Shown: positions 40,966 to 51,398 of the stretch, piece after piece
Numbering within the stretch: the stretch's first letter is position 1
Layout: every line of letters starts with the position of its first letter
DNA from: Capsulimonadales bacterium
Lineage (GTDB): Bacteria; Armatimonadota; Armatimonadia; Armatimonadales; Armatimonadaceae
Assembly (NCBI GenBank): GCA_033762295.1
Contig: JANRLW010000038.1
Location: forward strand, 1-64,000
Length of the DNA: 64,000 nucleotides
Reading direction: 5' to 3'
The notes under the pieces: generated by a model
The model's database searches: none
What the model saw: only the letters and a program-made list of their open reading frames with translations
Told to the model about the DNA's origin: nothing
Position numbers and translations under genes: made by a program

Positions 40966-42663
40966 ATGCGATCCAAATCCGGCACCTCGATTTTAATCTA
41001 CGGTGTTGTATGCCTGTTTCTGTCGTTGCTTCCCTTTTTCACGAGCGGGTGCGGCGGTGGTGATGGCCGCCCTACGGCCACCTCGGCCGCCGAAAATGCC
41101 ACCGGGAAGGCGGTTTTGACCGTCCGCTGGCCGGAACGCTCCCGCCTGATTCCGTTCGCCGCCGAAAGTCTGCAGATTCAAATCGTGCGCGGTTCCTCAC
41201 TTCTTGCCCAGGGAATTCTCCGGCGTCCTGCCGATGGCGGTTCCGCGTCCCTGCAGTTCGATCGCCTTCCGACGGGATGGGTCGTCGTTCGTGCAACGGC
41301 TCACCCGGCGGCGGACGGTTCCGGCGTCGCTCAGGCACGGGCGGAAATCGGCGTTGAGGTATTATCCGGCAAGGTGACTCCGGTCAAGGCGACTCTGACC
41401 TCGACCATCGATCGGCTGGAGGTCACTCCGTCCCCGGCCGAAATCACCGTCGGCGAGACGGTCCATCTGACCGCCACAGCGCGAAACCGCGAGAACGAAG
41501 CGGTCCTGACTACCGGAGCTACTTATGAATGGGTCTCGACCAGCCCCGATCTCGTGACCGTCGACGCGGGGGGAATCGTCAAAGGGGTTCGCGCCGGTTC
41601 CGGAAGCGTCGAAGTAACCGAAACGGAATCCGGAAAGAAGGCGACGGTGCCCGTCACCGTCGTTGCCGCGCCCACACCGACACCTACCCCTACCGGCACC
41701 CCATCCTCCACTCCGACACCGACACCTACCCCGACTCCGACACCGACTCCACCGCCGCCGGGCGAACCGAGAATCATCCCGCTGGTTACGAACGATCTCG
41801 CCTATGATAAGTTTTCGGGAAAACTGTACGTTTCGATCCCCGGTTCGGTGGGTGCGACCGGAAACAGTATTCGGTCGATCGACCCGATAACGGGTAACAT
41901 CGGGCCGGCGATCTTTATCGGCAGTGAACCGGGGGGACTTCGCGTCACCCGAGACGGGAAATATCTCTATGTCGCCCTGAACGGCGCTCGTGCCATCCGT
42001 ATCTTCGACCTCGCCACGCAAACCGCGGGCCTTGAGTTCGGACTGGACAACCGGGCCGTGATCGATATGGAGGTGATTGCCGGTCACCCGGACCGCCTGA
42101 TCGTGATCCGGCATGATACGCGTTTCAGCCCGCCGGGCGGCGTGGACACCGCGATCTATGCGAACGGCGTGCCGGAGGCGCAAACGATTGGCGGGGTCAG
42201 CACCATCGTTACCAACGAGGATGGTTCCCGTCTCTACGGATACGACGGGTTCCTGAGCAGTTTCGGCTTTTTGAAACAGCCCCTCGCCAACGGTACGTGG
42301 GCCGACGGCGCACAATGGGGTACCGGCATGATCAATTCCTATAATGTCGGCATCGAATACGGGGGAGGACGCGTCTACGCCACCAACGGCGAGGTGATTG
42401 ATCCGGAACAGCTACGAACCGTCGGTCGGATCGGCGGGGGTGTCCTCTGTCCCGACGCCGCGAATAAGCGGGTTTTCGTCATGGGAGGCGGAAACGGCGG
42501 CCCGAAAATTACCGCCTACGATACCGAAACCTTTGTCCCGCTGGACTCCCGGACCGTGACCGGCGTCGGCGGGGGCGGCAGCCTGGTACGCTGGGGAGAC
42601 AAGGGGCTGGCGTTCCGCACCGGCGATCAGGTGGTCATCCTTTCGGAGGCCCCCGGACTTTGA
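40966..42663 (+). CDS. Lipoprotein: WPERSR domain, Big_2 Ig, (PT)n linker, YncE-like beta-propeller
   Basis: Lipobox TSGC; Ig repeat; DGKYLYVAL-type blades. Confidence 0.85.
   Translation: MRSKSGTSILIYGVVCLFLSLLPFFTSGCGGGDGRPTATSAAENATGKAVLTVRWPERSRLIPFAAESLQIQIVRGSSLLAQGILRRPADGGSASLQFDRLPTGWVVVRATAHPAADGSGVAQARAEIGVEVLSGKVTPVKATLTSTIDRLEVTPSPAEITVGETVHLTATARNRENEAVLTTGATYEWVSTSPDLVTVDAGGIVKGVRAGSGSVEVTETESGKKATVPVTVVAAPTPTPTPTGTPSSTPTPTPTPTPTPTPPPPGEPRIIPLVTNDLAYDKFSGKLYVSIPGSVGATGNSIRSIDPITGNIGPAIFIGSEPGGLRVTRDGKYLYVALNGARAIRIFDLATQTAGLEFGLDNRAVIDMEVIAGHPDRLIVIRHDTRFSPPGGVDTAIYANGVPEAQTIGGVSTIVTNEDGSRLYGYDGFLSSFGFLKQPLANGTWADGAQWGTGMINSYNVGIEYGGGRVYATNGEVIDPEQLRTVGRIGGGVLCPDAANKRVFVMGGGNGGPKITAYDTETFVPLDSRTVTGVGGGGSLVRWGDKGLAFRTGDQVVILSEAPGL
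41671..41760 (+). repeat. Pro-Thr linker microrepeat
   Basis: Degenerate (CCNACN)n coding repeat. Confidence 0.8.
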
Positions 42664-42721
42664 CCCCCGACCCTCATTCCGCCTCCAACGCCGACACTAA
42701 CCCGGACTCCGAACGGGAGTG

Positions 42722-44596
42722 CTAGAGGGTCGGCGAAACGGACTCCCAGGTCCGGCCAACCCGATACTCATCGTAGAGTACGGGAACGCTGGACCCGATC
42801 CCGATATCCCCGATGACCTGCGGCGTGTCGATCGTTTCCGTGATCATGTCCGGAGCGGGCAACGGCTGTCCCACAGGCGGGTTGACCCAGCCTTCGAGCC
42901 TGTCCGACCCTTCCCGGAACCGCGCTCGCAACACCAGAAGGTAGGTGCGATTCGGCTCCGCACGGATCGAAGAGGTCACTCCGACTCCCCGCTTTCCGAT
43001 CTCGAAGAATGGACCGCTTCCCATACCAAACCCCATGTCGCTGAAACCGAATCCGAAGTAAGTGCCCGAACCGGACAGGTCCCCGGAAACCGCCCGTGGT
43101 CTCACCAAAATGCTGAAGTAAAGCGTATCGCCTTCCACCCCGACCGGATAGGTGGGAATGTTGAAGTTGCCGACCGGGTAATAGGAGGTTGTTTCGAGCG
43201 CCTTCCCCGTCGTTTTCAATCCCGGATAGGTCAGGCCGGCGGTGGCGACCCGGGTCGGGGTGTGACGGCTATCGCCATAGTCGTTCCACCCGCGCGTCCA
43301 GCCGATTCCGCCCAGTTTTCCGGCAATATCCTCTCCGGAGGTATAGTCGAACCCGTCATAGACCAGTAAGGGTGCGGTCGGGGGCGCAGGAAAGGCGGTC
43401 GCCTCGAACTCGACGATGTAGCTCGAATCGTCACCCGGATACGCGTCGTTCCAGCTTCCGTCGTCGAAACACGAAACGTAGTCCTCTCCGCCGCCCACGT
43501 TATTCGGTTCGCCGAATTGCCATCGAGTGTAACCCCACGGTTCACCGGTCACCCAGCGCCATCCTCCCCCGGGTTCGGAGTAATCCGGAGCGGTACGGTC
43601 CTGGAACGCGCCGATCCGCGCGCCGCCCAGAAAGAAGTGCGCGTTCAGGAACGCAAACTCCGCTTCGGAGTTCACGGTAACCAGATGTCCGGGTTTTCCC
43701 TGATAGGTTTGAGCGGCGGCGATATCGCGCAGGTGCTCAAAGTTGGTGCTGTCCTTAACGACATGGTAGAGCACATAGCAATGATCGGTTGCCGGATCGC
43801 AACGCACCTCCCCGCTTCCCGCCTTCGTCGGCGGGGGAGTCGGGGTCGGCGTTGGGGTCGGCGTCGGAGTTGGGGTAGGGGTTGGTGACGGAGTCGGAGT
43901 CGGCGTGGGAACCGTCGTCACGATCACGGAGACGGTCGCCGTCTTGCCCGATTCCGTTTCGGTGGCCGTCACCGTGGCTGTCCCGACCGCCAGACCGTTC
44001 AGTTTCCCGCCCGACTCCACGGAAGCCACGTCCGCCCTGTCGCTCGCCCAGGTTATCGTGGCCGGTTTCGTCAGCACCATGTCGTCGGCAGCGTTAAAGG
44101 CGGTGGCGATCACGGGGGCGCTCTCCCCGACCCTGAGGGAGACGGATATCGGCGCGACCGCCAGACGATCGATCGTGCTACCCATCGTCAGGCCCACCTG
44201 CGTGGTCCGGTTCGCCTCGACCGTCACCGGGACACTGCCCGTCGCCTGCGCCACCCCGGAACCGTCCGCATTCGGATACGCGGACGCGGCGACCGTTGAC
44301 AGTCCCGTCGGAACGCGCTCAAACGAGACCGACGTACTGCCCCCGTTCTCCGGCCGAATCAGGACCTTCTCCCCGAACAATCGGGTTCCCCGAAAAAGAC
44401 GAACGTGGATGCTCTCCGACGCGAACGGGATCAGACGCGAACGTTCCGGCCAGCGAACGGTCAACGCCGCCCGCCCGACGGTGGCGGACTCCGTCGATGG
44501 ACGCGCTTCCGGCTTCGAACTGCCGCAGCCCGAAAGTAGCAACAAACCGGCAAAAAGAATCAGAAAGGGAAACGGCTTGAAGCCATCGTAACGCAT
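42722..44596 (-). CDS. Lipoprotein: WPERSR domain, Big_2, (PT)n, C-type lectin (EPN/WND), C-terminal beta-sandwich
   Basis: Lipobox LSGC; HLVTVNSEAE, WRWVTGEP, GEPNN..EDY and WND. Confidence 0.87.
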   Translation of the reverse strand: MRYDGFKPFPFLILFAGLLLLSGCGSSKPEARPSTESATVGRAALTVRWPERSRLIPFASESIHVRLFRGTRLFGEKVLIRPENGGSTSVSFERVPTGLSTVAASAYPNADGSGVAQATGSVPVTVEANRTTQVGLTMGSTIDRLAVAPISVSLRVGESAPVIATAFNAADDMVLTKPATITWASDRADVASVESGGKLNGLAVGTATVTATETESGKTATVSVIVTTVPTPTPTPSPTPTPTPTPTPTPTPTPPPTKAGSGEVRCDPATDHCYVLYHVVKDSTNFEHLRDIAAAQTYQGKPGHLVTVNSEAEFAFLNAHFFLGGARIGAFQDRTAPDYSEPGGGWRWVTGEPWGYTRWQFGEPNNVGGGEDYVSCFDDGSWNDAYPGDDSSYIVEFEATAFPAPPTAPLLVYDGFDYTSGEDIAGKLGGIGWTRGWNDYGDSRHTPTRVATAGLTYPGLKTTGKALETTSYYPVGNFNIPTYPVGVEGDTLYFSILVRPRAVSGDLSGSGTYFGFGFSDMGFGMGSGPFFEIGKRGVGVTSSIRAEPNRTYLLVLRARFREGSDRLEGWVNPPVGQPLPAPDMITETIDTPQVIGDIGIGSSVPVLYDEYRVGRTWESVSPTL

Positions 44597-44634
44597 GCAA
44601 GTCCCCCTGACCTCCTAATCGATATCGATGCGGA

Positions 44635-45666
44635 CTAATCGATGCTGACGCCGACTCCGCCCGTATCCGGGAACTCGCCTCCGACATTGACGTTTCCGGC
44701 CTCGACCGTAATCGCGAGGGTCGCGCTTTTCTCCGGATCGTACTGGCTGACCGCCACCACATGGTAGATACCGGGCGTTCCGGGAGCGATATACTGCCCG
44801 TTCGCATCGATCGTCCCCCCGGTCGCCCCCTCCTGTACGGTCCAGGTTACCGCCTGATTGCTCGTCGTGCTGACCTGGGCGGTCAGGTTAAGCACACCGT
44901 TAATCGATACCTTCGCCGGATTTGGAGAAAGGGTAACGACAGCGCGCGAACCGATCCGCACGGGAACCGGATCGCTCGCAACACCGTCCGCCGTCGCGAG
45001 GACACTGGCCATACCCGGCAGCAACCCCTCGGCCTGCCCGCCGACGAAGCGCAGACGATCCCTCCCCGATTCCACACGGAAAAGGAACGAACCGGGACTC
45101 AGCGGAACGATCGCCTCTCCGTCACCGCGTGCCGTCGCCACGAGATCGTTCCGCTCCCCGACTATCGCGGACTGCCCCGACGCAAGTTCGATCCGACGCA
45201 CGATTCCGTTGATCGCTACATCCGGCAGGTTGCCGTCCGGGCCCAGGGTGACGTTCGCCTGGCCCACACCGACGACGAGTTCGGTGCCATTGCCTCCGCC
45301 GAAGAAGGTAACGGTCAGAGTCCATTGGCCCAGACGCGCCGGTTCGGGCGCCACGACGGTCGCCTCATGCGGGCCGGGAGTCGCGCCCCGGTTCACCACG
45401 AAGACCAGATCCGACCCGTCCGGCTTCGCGCCGGCCAGGCGAACGGCGACGGAGAGAGCGGAGTTCAGCCCGCCGGTCGCCCGGCTCCGCTCGCCCCAGC
45501 CAATCACCATTCGAGGCGCGATGGTCGGAACGGGAGTGGGTGTCGGGGTCGGTGTCGGGGTGGGCGTCGGTCCCGGTTTCGGAGTACCGCCGCCGCCACC
45601 TCCTCCACATCCGGGGAGAACGACGCAACAGAACACAACGACGGCGACAGGCAGAAGATTGCGCAT
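44635..45666 (-). CDS. Lipoprotein with (PT)n, WGERSR domain and Ig-like domains
   Basis: Lipobox LPGC; VTWTVQEGATGGTIDANGQYIAP. Confidence 0.82.
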   Translation of the reverse strand: MRNLLPVAVVVFCCVVLPGCGGGGGGGTPKPGPTPTPTPTPTPTPVPTIAPRMVIGWGERSRATGGLNSALSVAVRLAGAKPDGSDLVFVVNRGATPGPHEATVVAPEPARLGQWTLTVTFFGGGNGTELVVGVGQANVTLGPDGNLPDVAINGIVRRIELASGQSAIVGERNDLVATARGDGEAIVPLSPGSFLFRVESGRDRLRFVGGQAEGLLPGMASVLATADGVASDPVPVRIGSRAVVTLSPNPAKVSINGVLNLTAQVSTTSNQAVTWTVQEGATGGTIDANGQYIAPGTPGIYHVVAVSQYDPEKSATLAITVEAGNVNVGGEFPDTGGVGVSID

Positions 45667-45774
45667 GGAAAACCTCGGCGGAGCCGGGCAAGACGGTTAC
45701 CGGCCTTGTCTGCCTCATTTTATCAATCGAGCGAACGGCTTGCCATCCGCAAGCGAGATCGCCGACCGGGAAAC

Positions 45775-47721
45775 TCAGGAGATAGGAGAAAGATTGGGCG
45801 TACCGTCGTCGTTTTTCGGTTCGGCCTTCGGTTCTCCGGCCGGTTCCGTTTTCGGTTCGGCCGCTTCGCCCTTCGGTTCCGGGGCGGTCGTCGGTCCGGG
45901 CAACGCTTCCGGAGCGACCAGTTCCAGGCGGGTGGCCGTCAGTTTCCCGCCGGTATAGATCCCGACGGCATGCACGGTACGTCCGGATTTGGCCGCCTGC
46001 CAGAACGAGGCCGATGCCAGGAACTGCCCCTTCTCATCCCGGTACGCGGTGGCCGCCGTCGCCACGACCGGGATTTTCGAGCGGTCCCCACGGGCGACGA
46101 TCCCCTGCCAGAGCGTCAGCGAACCCAGGGTCAGCGTCCCCGCTTTCTCATCCGCACTCTGCGCCGTTCCGGTGACGGTCGCCTCGTGGGCGGTCCCCGG
46201 CGTATTCTCCTCCAGGCGAACGGTCTTTCCGCGCAGTGAACCCGTGACCGGTTCGTAGGCTCCGGTGACGGACACGGTCGCCCCCGGTCGGGCCGTCAGC
46301 GCGGCATGGAACTCGTCATGGGTCAGCAGGACGCCCCCCCGTGACCGATAGACGACGTCCGGCGACATCTGCACGGTCACCGCCGCGAACGTGGGCAGGA
46401 TTCCCTCCGCCTGAGTCGCAGTCAGCACCAGAAGATGGTTTTTGCTGTCCGCGGCGGTCACCGCCCCTCGAATGGTCGTCATCTCTCCGGTCGGTCCGTC
46501 CCCGTTCAGCAGGGTGATTCGCTCGGCGAGCACCCGCTTCGTCACCGGGTCCAGAATCCCGCGAACGGCGGCTTTCTTCCCTTCCGGGAGCGTGGGATTG
46601 GGAGTAGGCCCCTCGTTATCGAAAACGGTCGCCTCCCCCGCCTGAACGGTTACGCTTCGATTCGTTCCCAGGGTAAGGGTAAAGAGCAGACCGTCGGGGG
46701 AGAGTTCCGGCGCAACGGTCGGGGCGGGTGTCTGAGCAACGGTCGGGGCAACGGATGGCGCGGTGGTCGGTGCGGTCTCGTCGGAGGCAGGCGTTCCCGT
46801 GATCGCCGCTCCCTCCTTCGGCTCCGCTCTCCCCGGCGATTTTTCCGACGGACGGTCGGTGTTTTTCGCCGCCAGCTCCTTCGCTTTTTCCTTCGCTTTC
46901 GGTTCGACCGGTGTCGTCACCGGGGTTTCGGGAGTGTTTCGTGGGGAGGACGACGACTCGCCGGCGGTTTCCTCCGACGTCTTCGGCGTGTCCTTGCCGG
47001 TCAACTCCCTGACCGTCCCGACAAAGGTCGTCGGGATCTGCCGCGCAAGATCGCTCAATCCGTCCTGGTCGCCCTCGCGCAGGGCAGGAGTGATCCGGCC
47101 GTCGGCGACCTGCATCCCTGCCAGATCGAAATCGATGACGAGGTTTTCTCGCCCGTTGCCCAGATCGCGAGGTCGGGTCAGCGGAAAGGACAGGATCGGG
47201 TTTTCCCGTTCGTCCTTCGGCAGCAGATCGGCCAGCGGCGTGAGCACCCCGGTCGGGGCGTCGGGGGAGAAGCGGGAGAAGGACGGGCCGAACGTCACAC
47301 GCGCGCGGATGTAGGCTTTTCCGGACGGAACTCCCGGACAGGCCAGCAACTGGAAACGGCGTCCCCCCGTCTCGTACAGGGTCGTCAGGTCAACGTTCGC
47401 TCCGTCCTGCGCTTCAAAAACGGTGACCGCTTTCTCCTGAATATCGATCAGTTCGACCTTGAGGATGCCCGCCCAGAGGCGACCGCTTTTCTCGGCCTTT
47501 TTGCCGTCCGGCGTCGCGGAGAGGAAGATGCCGACCCGTCCGACCTGCCCCTCGGCGCGAACATTCCCATCGGCGGGCGCGTCGGCCGATCGCGGCGTAC
47601 CGGTCAGGCCCTCCGTACGTCCGGGGGTCGTATTATTTCCCGAGCCGCTGCCACAGCCGGACACAATCGCCGCCGTCAGGGCCGCCGTCCACCATCCGCC
47701 GGTTCTTCGAGCCGTTGCCAT
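45775..47721 (-). CDS. Lipoprotein with DUF4382-like and DUF5666-like OB-fold repeats
   Basis: GAGG RBS; lipobox VSGC; LVIDFDL; repeated 'V.V.G....L.A..I.L' units. Confidence 0.75.
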   Translation of the reverse strand: MATARRTGGWWTAALTAAIVSGCGSGSGNNTTPGRTEGLTGTPRSADAPADGNVRAEGQVGRVGIFLSATPDGKKAEKSGRLWAGILKVELIDIQEKAVTVFEAQDGANVDLTTLYETGGRRFQLLACPGVPSGKAYIRARVTFGPSFSRFSPDAPTGVLTPLADLLPKDERENPILSFPLTRPRDLGNGRENLVIDFDLAGMQVADGRITPALREGDQDGLSDLARQIPTTFVGTVRELTGKDTPKTSEETAGESSSSPRNTPETPVTTPVEPKAKEKAKELAAKNTDRPSEKSPGRAEPKEGAAITGTPASDETAPTTAPSVAPTVAQTPAPTVAPELSPDGLLFTLTLGTNRSVTVQAGEATVFDNEGPTPNPTLPEGKKAAVRGILDPVTKRVLAERITLLNGDGPTGEMTTIRGAVTAADSKNHLLVLTATQAEGILPTFAAVTVQMSPDVVYRSRGGVLLTHDEFHAALTARPGATVSVTGAYEPVTGSLRGKTVRLEENTPGTAHEATVTGTAQSADEKAGTLTLGSLTLWQGIVARGDRSKIPVVATAATAYRDEKGQFLASASFWQAAKSGRTVHAVGIYTGGKLTATRLELVAPEALPGPTTAPEPKGEAAEPKTEPAGEPKAEPKNDDGTPNLSPIS

Positions 47722-47798
47722 GTTCGTTCCACCTCGCTCCGTCCCTAACATTTTCGGACGGCAGTACACCGTTCCTGCTTCGATTCCGCGCCCGGTTA

Positions 47799-47814
47799 TG
47801 TGAATAATATCACT
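47799..47814. promoter_or_regulatory. CRP/FNR-family-like operator
   Basis: TGTGA-ATAATA-TCACT in an AT-rich divergent promoter region. Confidence 0.5.
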
Positions 47815-48045
47815 TCGATCCCTGGCTCGGCGAGGGGGGTTTCCGCAGGGATCGCCCGACCGTTATCGTGTTGCGGGAAAACGTTCATTTATAGTTATTA
47901 GACATAATTCACCGGTAAAATAGCCTAAAATGTACATTGCGTTCTCCGGTTCTCCTGTGCTACAATGCCGCACAACACTTCCGGATGAAGCGGCGTCCGC
48001 GCCGCCCGTTCGTGAAGTGCCTCGTGCAAGGAACCAATCTTTACT

Positions 48046-48519
48046 ATGGCTGACGACCCTGAAGAAGGCTTTGTGATCCGTGACCGCCGCCGTTTTACGA
48101 GCGAGCTGAACGCCGGACCGGCAGCCGCCCCGACCGACTCTCCCGCCGCACCGGAGGCGACGCCGCCCCCGGCTGAGGAGATTCCGTCCTCTCTGTTGGT
48201 CGAGGAGACGTTCGCCGAGGAGGCGTACGATTCCGAGGACATGGGCAACGATAACTCGGTTCCCGATGTCTACTCGGTCCTGATTCTCTTCCTGGGAGAG
48301 ATGCGGAACCATGCGCTCCTCCGGATGGGGCTTGTTCACAATCCGATGACCGGGCAGATCGAGCGCGACCTTCAGCAGGCCCGAATCGCCATCAACACGG
48401 CCACGTTTCTTGCCGAACAACTGGAGCCGGTCCTTCCTCAGGAGGAACGACTGCCTCTCAGGGCGATGCTCAGCGATCTTCAAATGAACTTTGTCAAGCT
48501 GGCGCGCGGGGCGGAGTAG
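48046..48519 (+). CDS. DUF1844-like protein
   Basis: GFVIRDRRRF, MGLVHNPMTGQIERDLQQARIAI and LSDLQMNFV; TGcTACAAT upstream. Confidence 0.8.
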   Translation: MADDPEEGFVIRDRRRFTSELNAGPAAAPTDSPAAPEATPPPAEEIPSSLLVEETFAEEAYDSEDMGNDNSVPDVYSVLILFLGEMRNHALLRMGLVHNPMTGQIERDLQQARIAINTATFLAEQLEPVLPQEERLPLRAMLSDLQMNFVKLARGAE

Positions 48520-48720
48520 CCGATACACGCCGTTCCCGGTTCGAAACGGCGATGCGGTTCTCCTTCCTCGTTCTCAGGAAGGCAACAGGCCATGACACGG
48601 CAGTCGTGGTTCGCGTCCCCCCGACCGCCCTCGGTTTTACCGGAAATCAACGACGACCGTATTCAGGATTTAAGGGTTCCCTTGCGGAGAACATCCGTGC
48701 CCGATCGGAGAAGAAGTGAC

Positions 48721-49272
48721 ATGATCAGGACTGCCTATCCAACGCCACCGGTCCGACAGCTACGGTTACGGCTGGAACTGGCGACCCGACGCACTCGCCG
48801 CGCCCTGTTCGAACGGTGTCGAACGCTTCGCTCTCGTCCGGTCGAAGAGACCAAAGGACATGGTTCCTACGCCGCTTACCTGCGGGAACGCGAAGCCATT
48901 CGGAGAAATCGTGCCATGTACGATATGTTTGAGAAACAGTTTGACGGACTGGTCGGGGTGGTCTGCTTCGCCGCGCAGGAAGGCATTACCTCGGACGCCG
49001 AAACCGAGTTCGCCCGGTACCGGGCCTGGTTTATGGAGTACTACCATCGGGTCCGACCCTACCTGGCCCCGTACCTCACCCTCCACGAGAATGATGTCAC
49101 GCCGACACGCTGGGGTCTGCGCCGATGCGACACCTTCGAGGCGCTCTTTCTACCGGCCAGCATTCAAGCGCTGCTCGATGCCGATAACGGCTGTCTGATC
49201 GATCGGTTGGATCGGGCGCAAAACGCGGTCACCGACTGGTACAACGCCGTCCGTCATGAGGAACGCGCCTGA
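48721..49272 (+). CDS. Hypothetical protein
   Basis: Globular helical ORF ending before a bidirectional terminator; start uncertain. Confidence 0.65.
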   Translation: MIRTAYPTPPVRQLRLRLELATRRTRRALFERCRTLRSRPVEETKGHGSYAAYLREREAIRRNRAMYDMFEKQFDGLVGVVCFAAQEGITSDAETEFARYRAWFMEYYHRVRPYLAPYLTLHENDVTPTRWGLRRCDTFEALFLPASIQALLDADNGCLIDRLDRAQNAVTDWYNAVRHEERA

Positions 49273-49302
49273 ACTCCTCTGCCGAACTCCCGGCATAACG
49301 GC

Positions 49303-49326
49303 AAAAGCCCCGCCTGCGGGGCTTTT
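49303..49326. terminator. Bidirectional intrinsic terminator
   Basis: AAAAGCCCCGC-CT-GCGGGGCTTTT between convergent genes. Confidence 0.85.
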
Positions 49327-49332
49327 CGCTTT

Positions 49333-49698
49333 TCAGACCGGTGCGTCCCCGTCGCAGGTCGCCCGGGCCGCCTCAACGGCTTCGTTCACGCTCTCGAAAA
49401 CCCGAAAGATCCGGATCAAGCGCGTGATCTCGAAGGCACGCAGAACGAACGAGGTGATCCGCGCCAGGAAGACCTCGCCTCCCTTTTCGCGGGTACGCCG
49501 CTGGGCGTCCACCAGCACTCCCAGCGCCGCCGAATCGACATAGGGCACGGAGGCCATGTCCAGAACCAGACAGAACCTGCCCTGCTCGATCAGCGTTTGC
49601 AGCGTGGAGCGTAGCTCCGGGCACGTGTGCAAATCGATCTCCCCGAGGATTCGGATCAGAGGAATCCCGGCCTCGGTCTCGCTTACTTCTATTTCCAC
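49333..49698 (-). CDS. STAS-domain anti-sigma factor antagonist (RsbV/SpoIIAA-like)
   Basis: GEIDLHTCPELR; LDMASVPYVDSAALGVLV retains the phosphorylatable Ser; probable GTG start at 49698. Confidence 0.88.
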   Translation of the reverse strand: MEIEVSETEAGIPLIRILGEIDLHTCPELRSTLQTLIEQGRFCLVLDMASVPYVDSAALGVLVDAQRRTREKGGEVFLARITSFVLRAFEITRLIRIFRVFESVNEAVEAARATCDGDAPV

Positions 49699-49968
49699 TC
49701 TTTGGTATCCAACTTTCGCTGTTTCGATACGCGGTCGGCACCCGCCCGGGTCGCTTCGCACGGTCCGATACCCGGACCGACGCTTTCCGCTTTACGCGGC
49801 GCGAACCGGCGGCATTCTCAGAAAACTCCGGAGAAAGTATACCCCTCCCTGCCTGATACTACACGTCTTTATACCTATCCAGGTTCCAAATACCTGACAC
49901 CCTCCGGTCCGCCCAACAATCGATGACCGGTTTCCATCCGCCGATAGCCGGATTTGAAACGGGGCGCG

Positions 49969-49998
49969 TTGACAGTCCGCCGGAGACGGTGCTATCAT
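49969..49998 (+). promoter_or_regulatory. sigma70 promoter of gap
   Basis: TTGACA-18 bp-TATCAT with an extended TG. Confidence 0.7.
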
Positions 49999-50023
49999 CC
50001 ATATGGGCAGACGAATGGCATAG

Positions 50024-51157
<1,134 letters not shown>

Positions 51158-51170
51158 CCCCTCTGACCCG

Positions 51171-51204
51171 GTGCCCGTCCGCTCTCCGGGCGGGCATCGT
51201 CTTT
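51171..51204 (+). terminator. Intrinsic terminator after gap
   Basis: GTGCCCGTCCG..CGGGCGGGCAT followed by a T-rich tail. Confidence 0.6.
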
Positions 51205-51398
51205 CCGCTGACCCCTTCTCGTCGAGCCGTTCTCTCGTTTCAGGATATCTACCGTCGCGTTCGTTTCGAAAATGACCGGTAGGGGCGACGCACCGAACGA
51301 CGTACCGATTCCGGGCAGGAATTCACGTCGAGGCGGAGGAACAGTCCCGGTGTCGACGGGTGTCGTCGACCACTCTTGCCAAAACAGGACCGTCACCG

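Noticed and set aside
41671..45571. PT repeats as phase-variable SSRs
   Set aside because: Codon-degenerate, in-frame linkers; length change would not shift frame.
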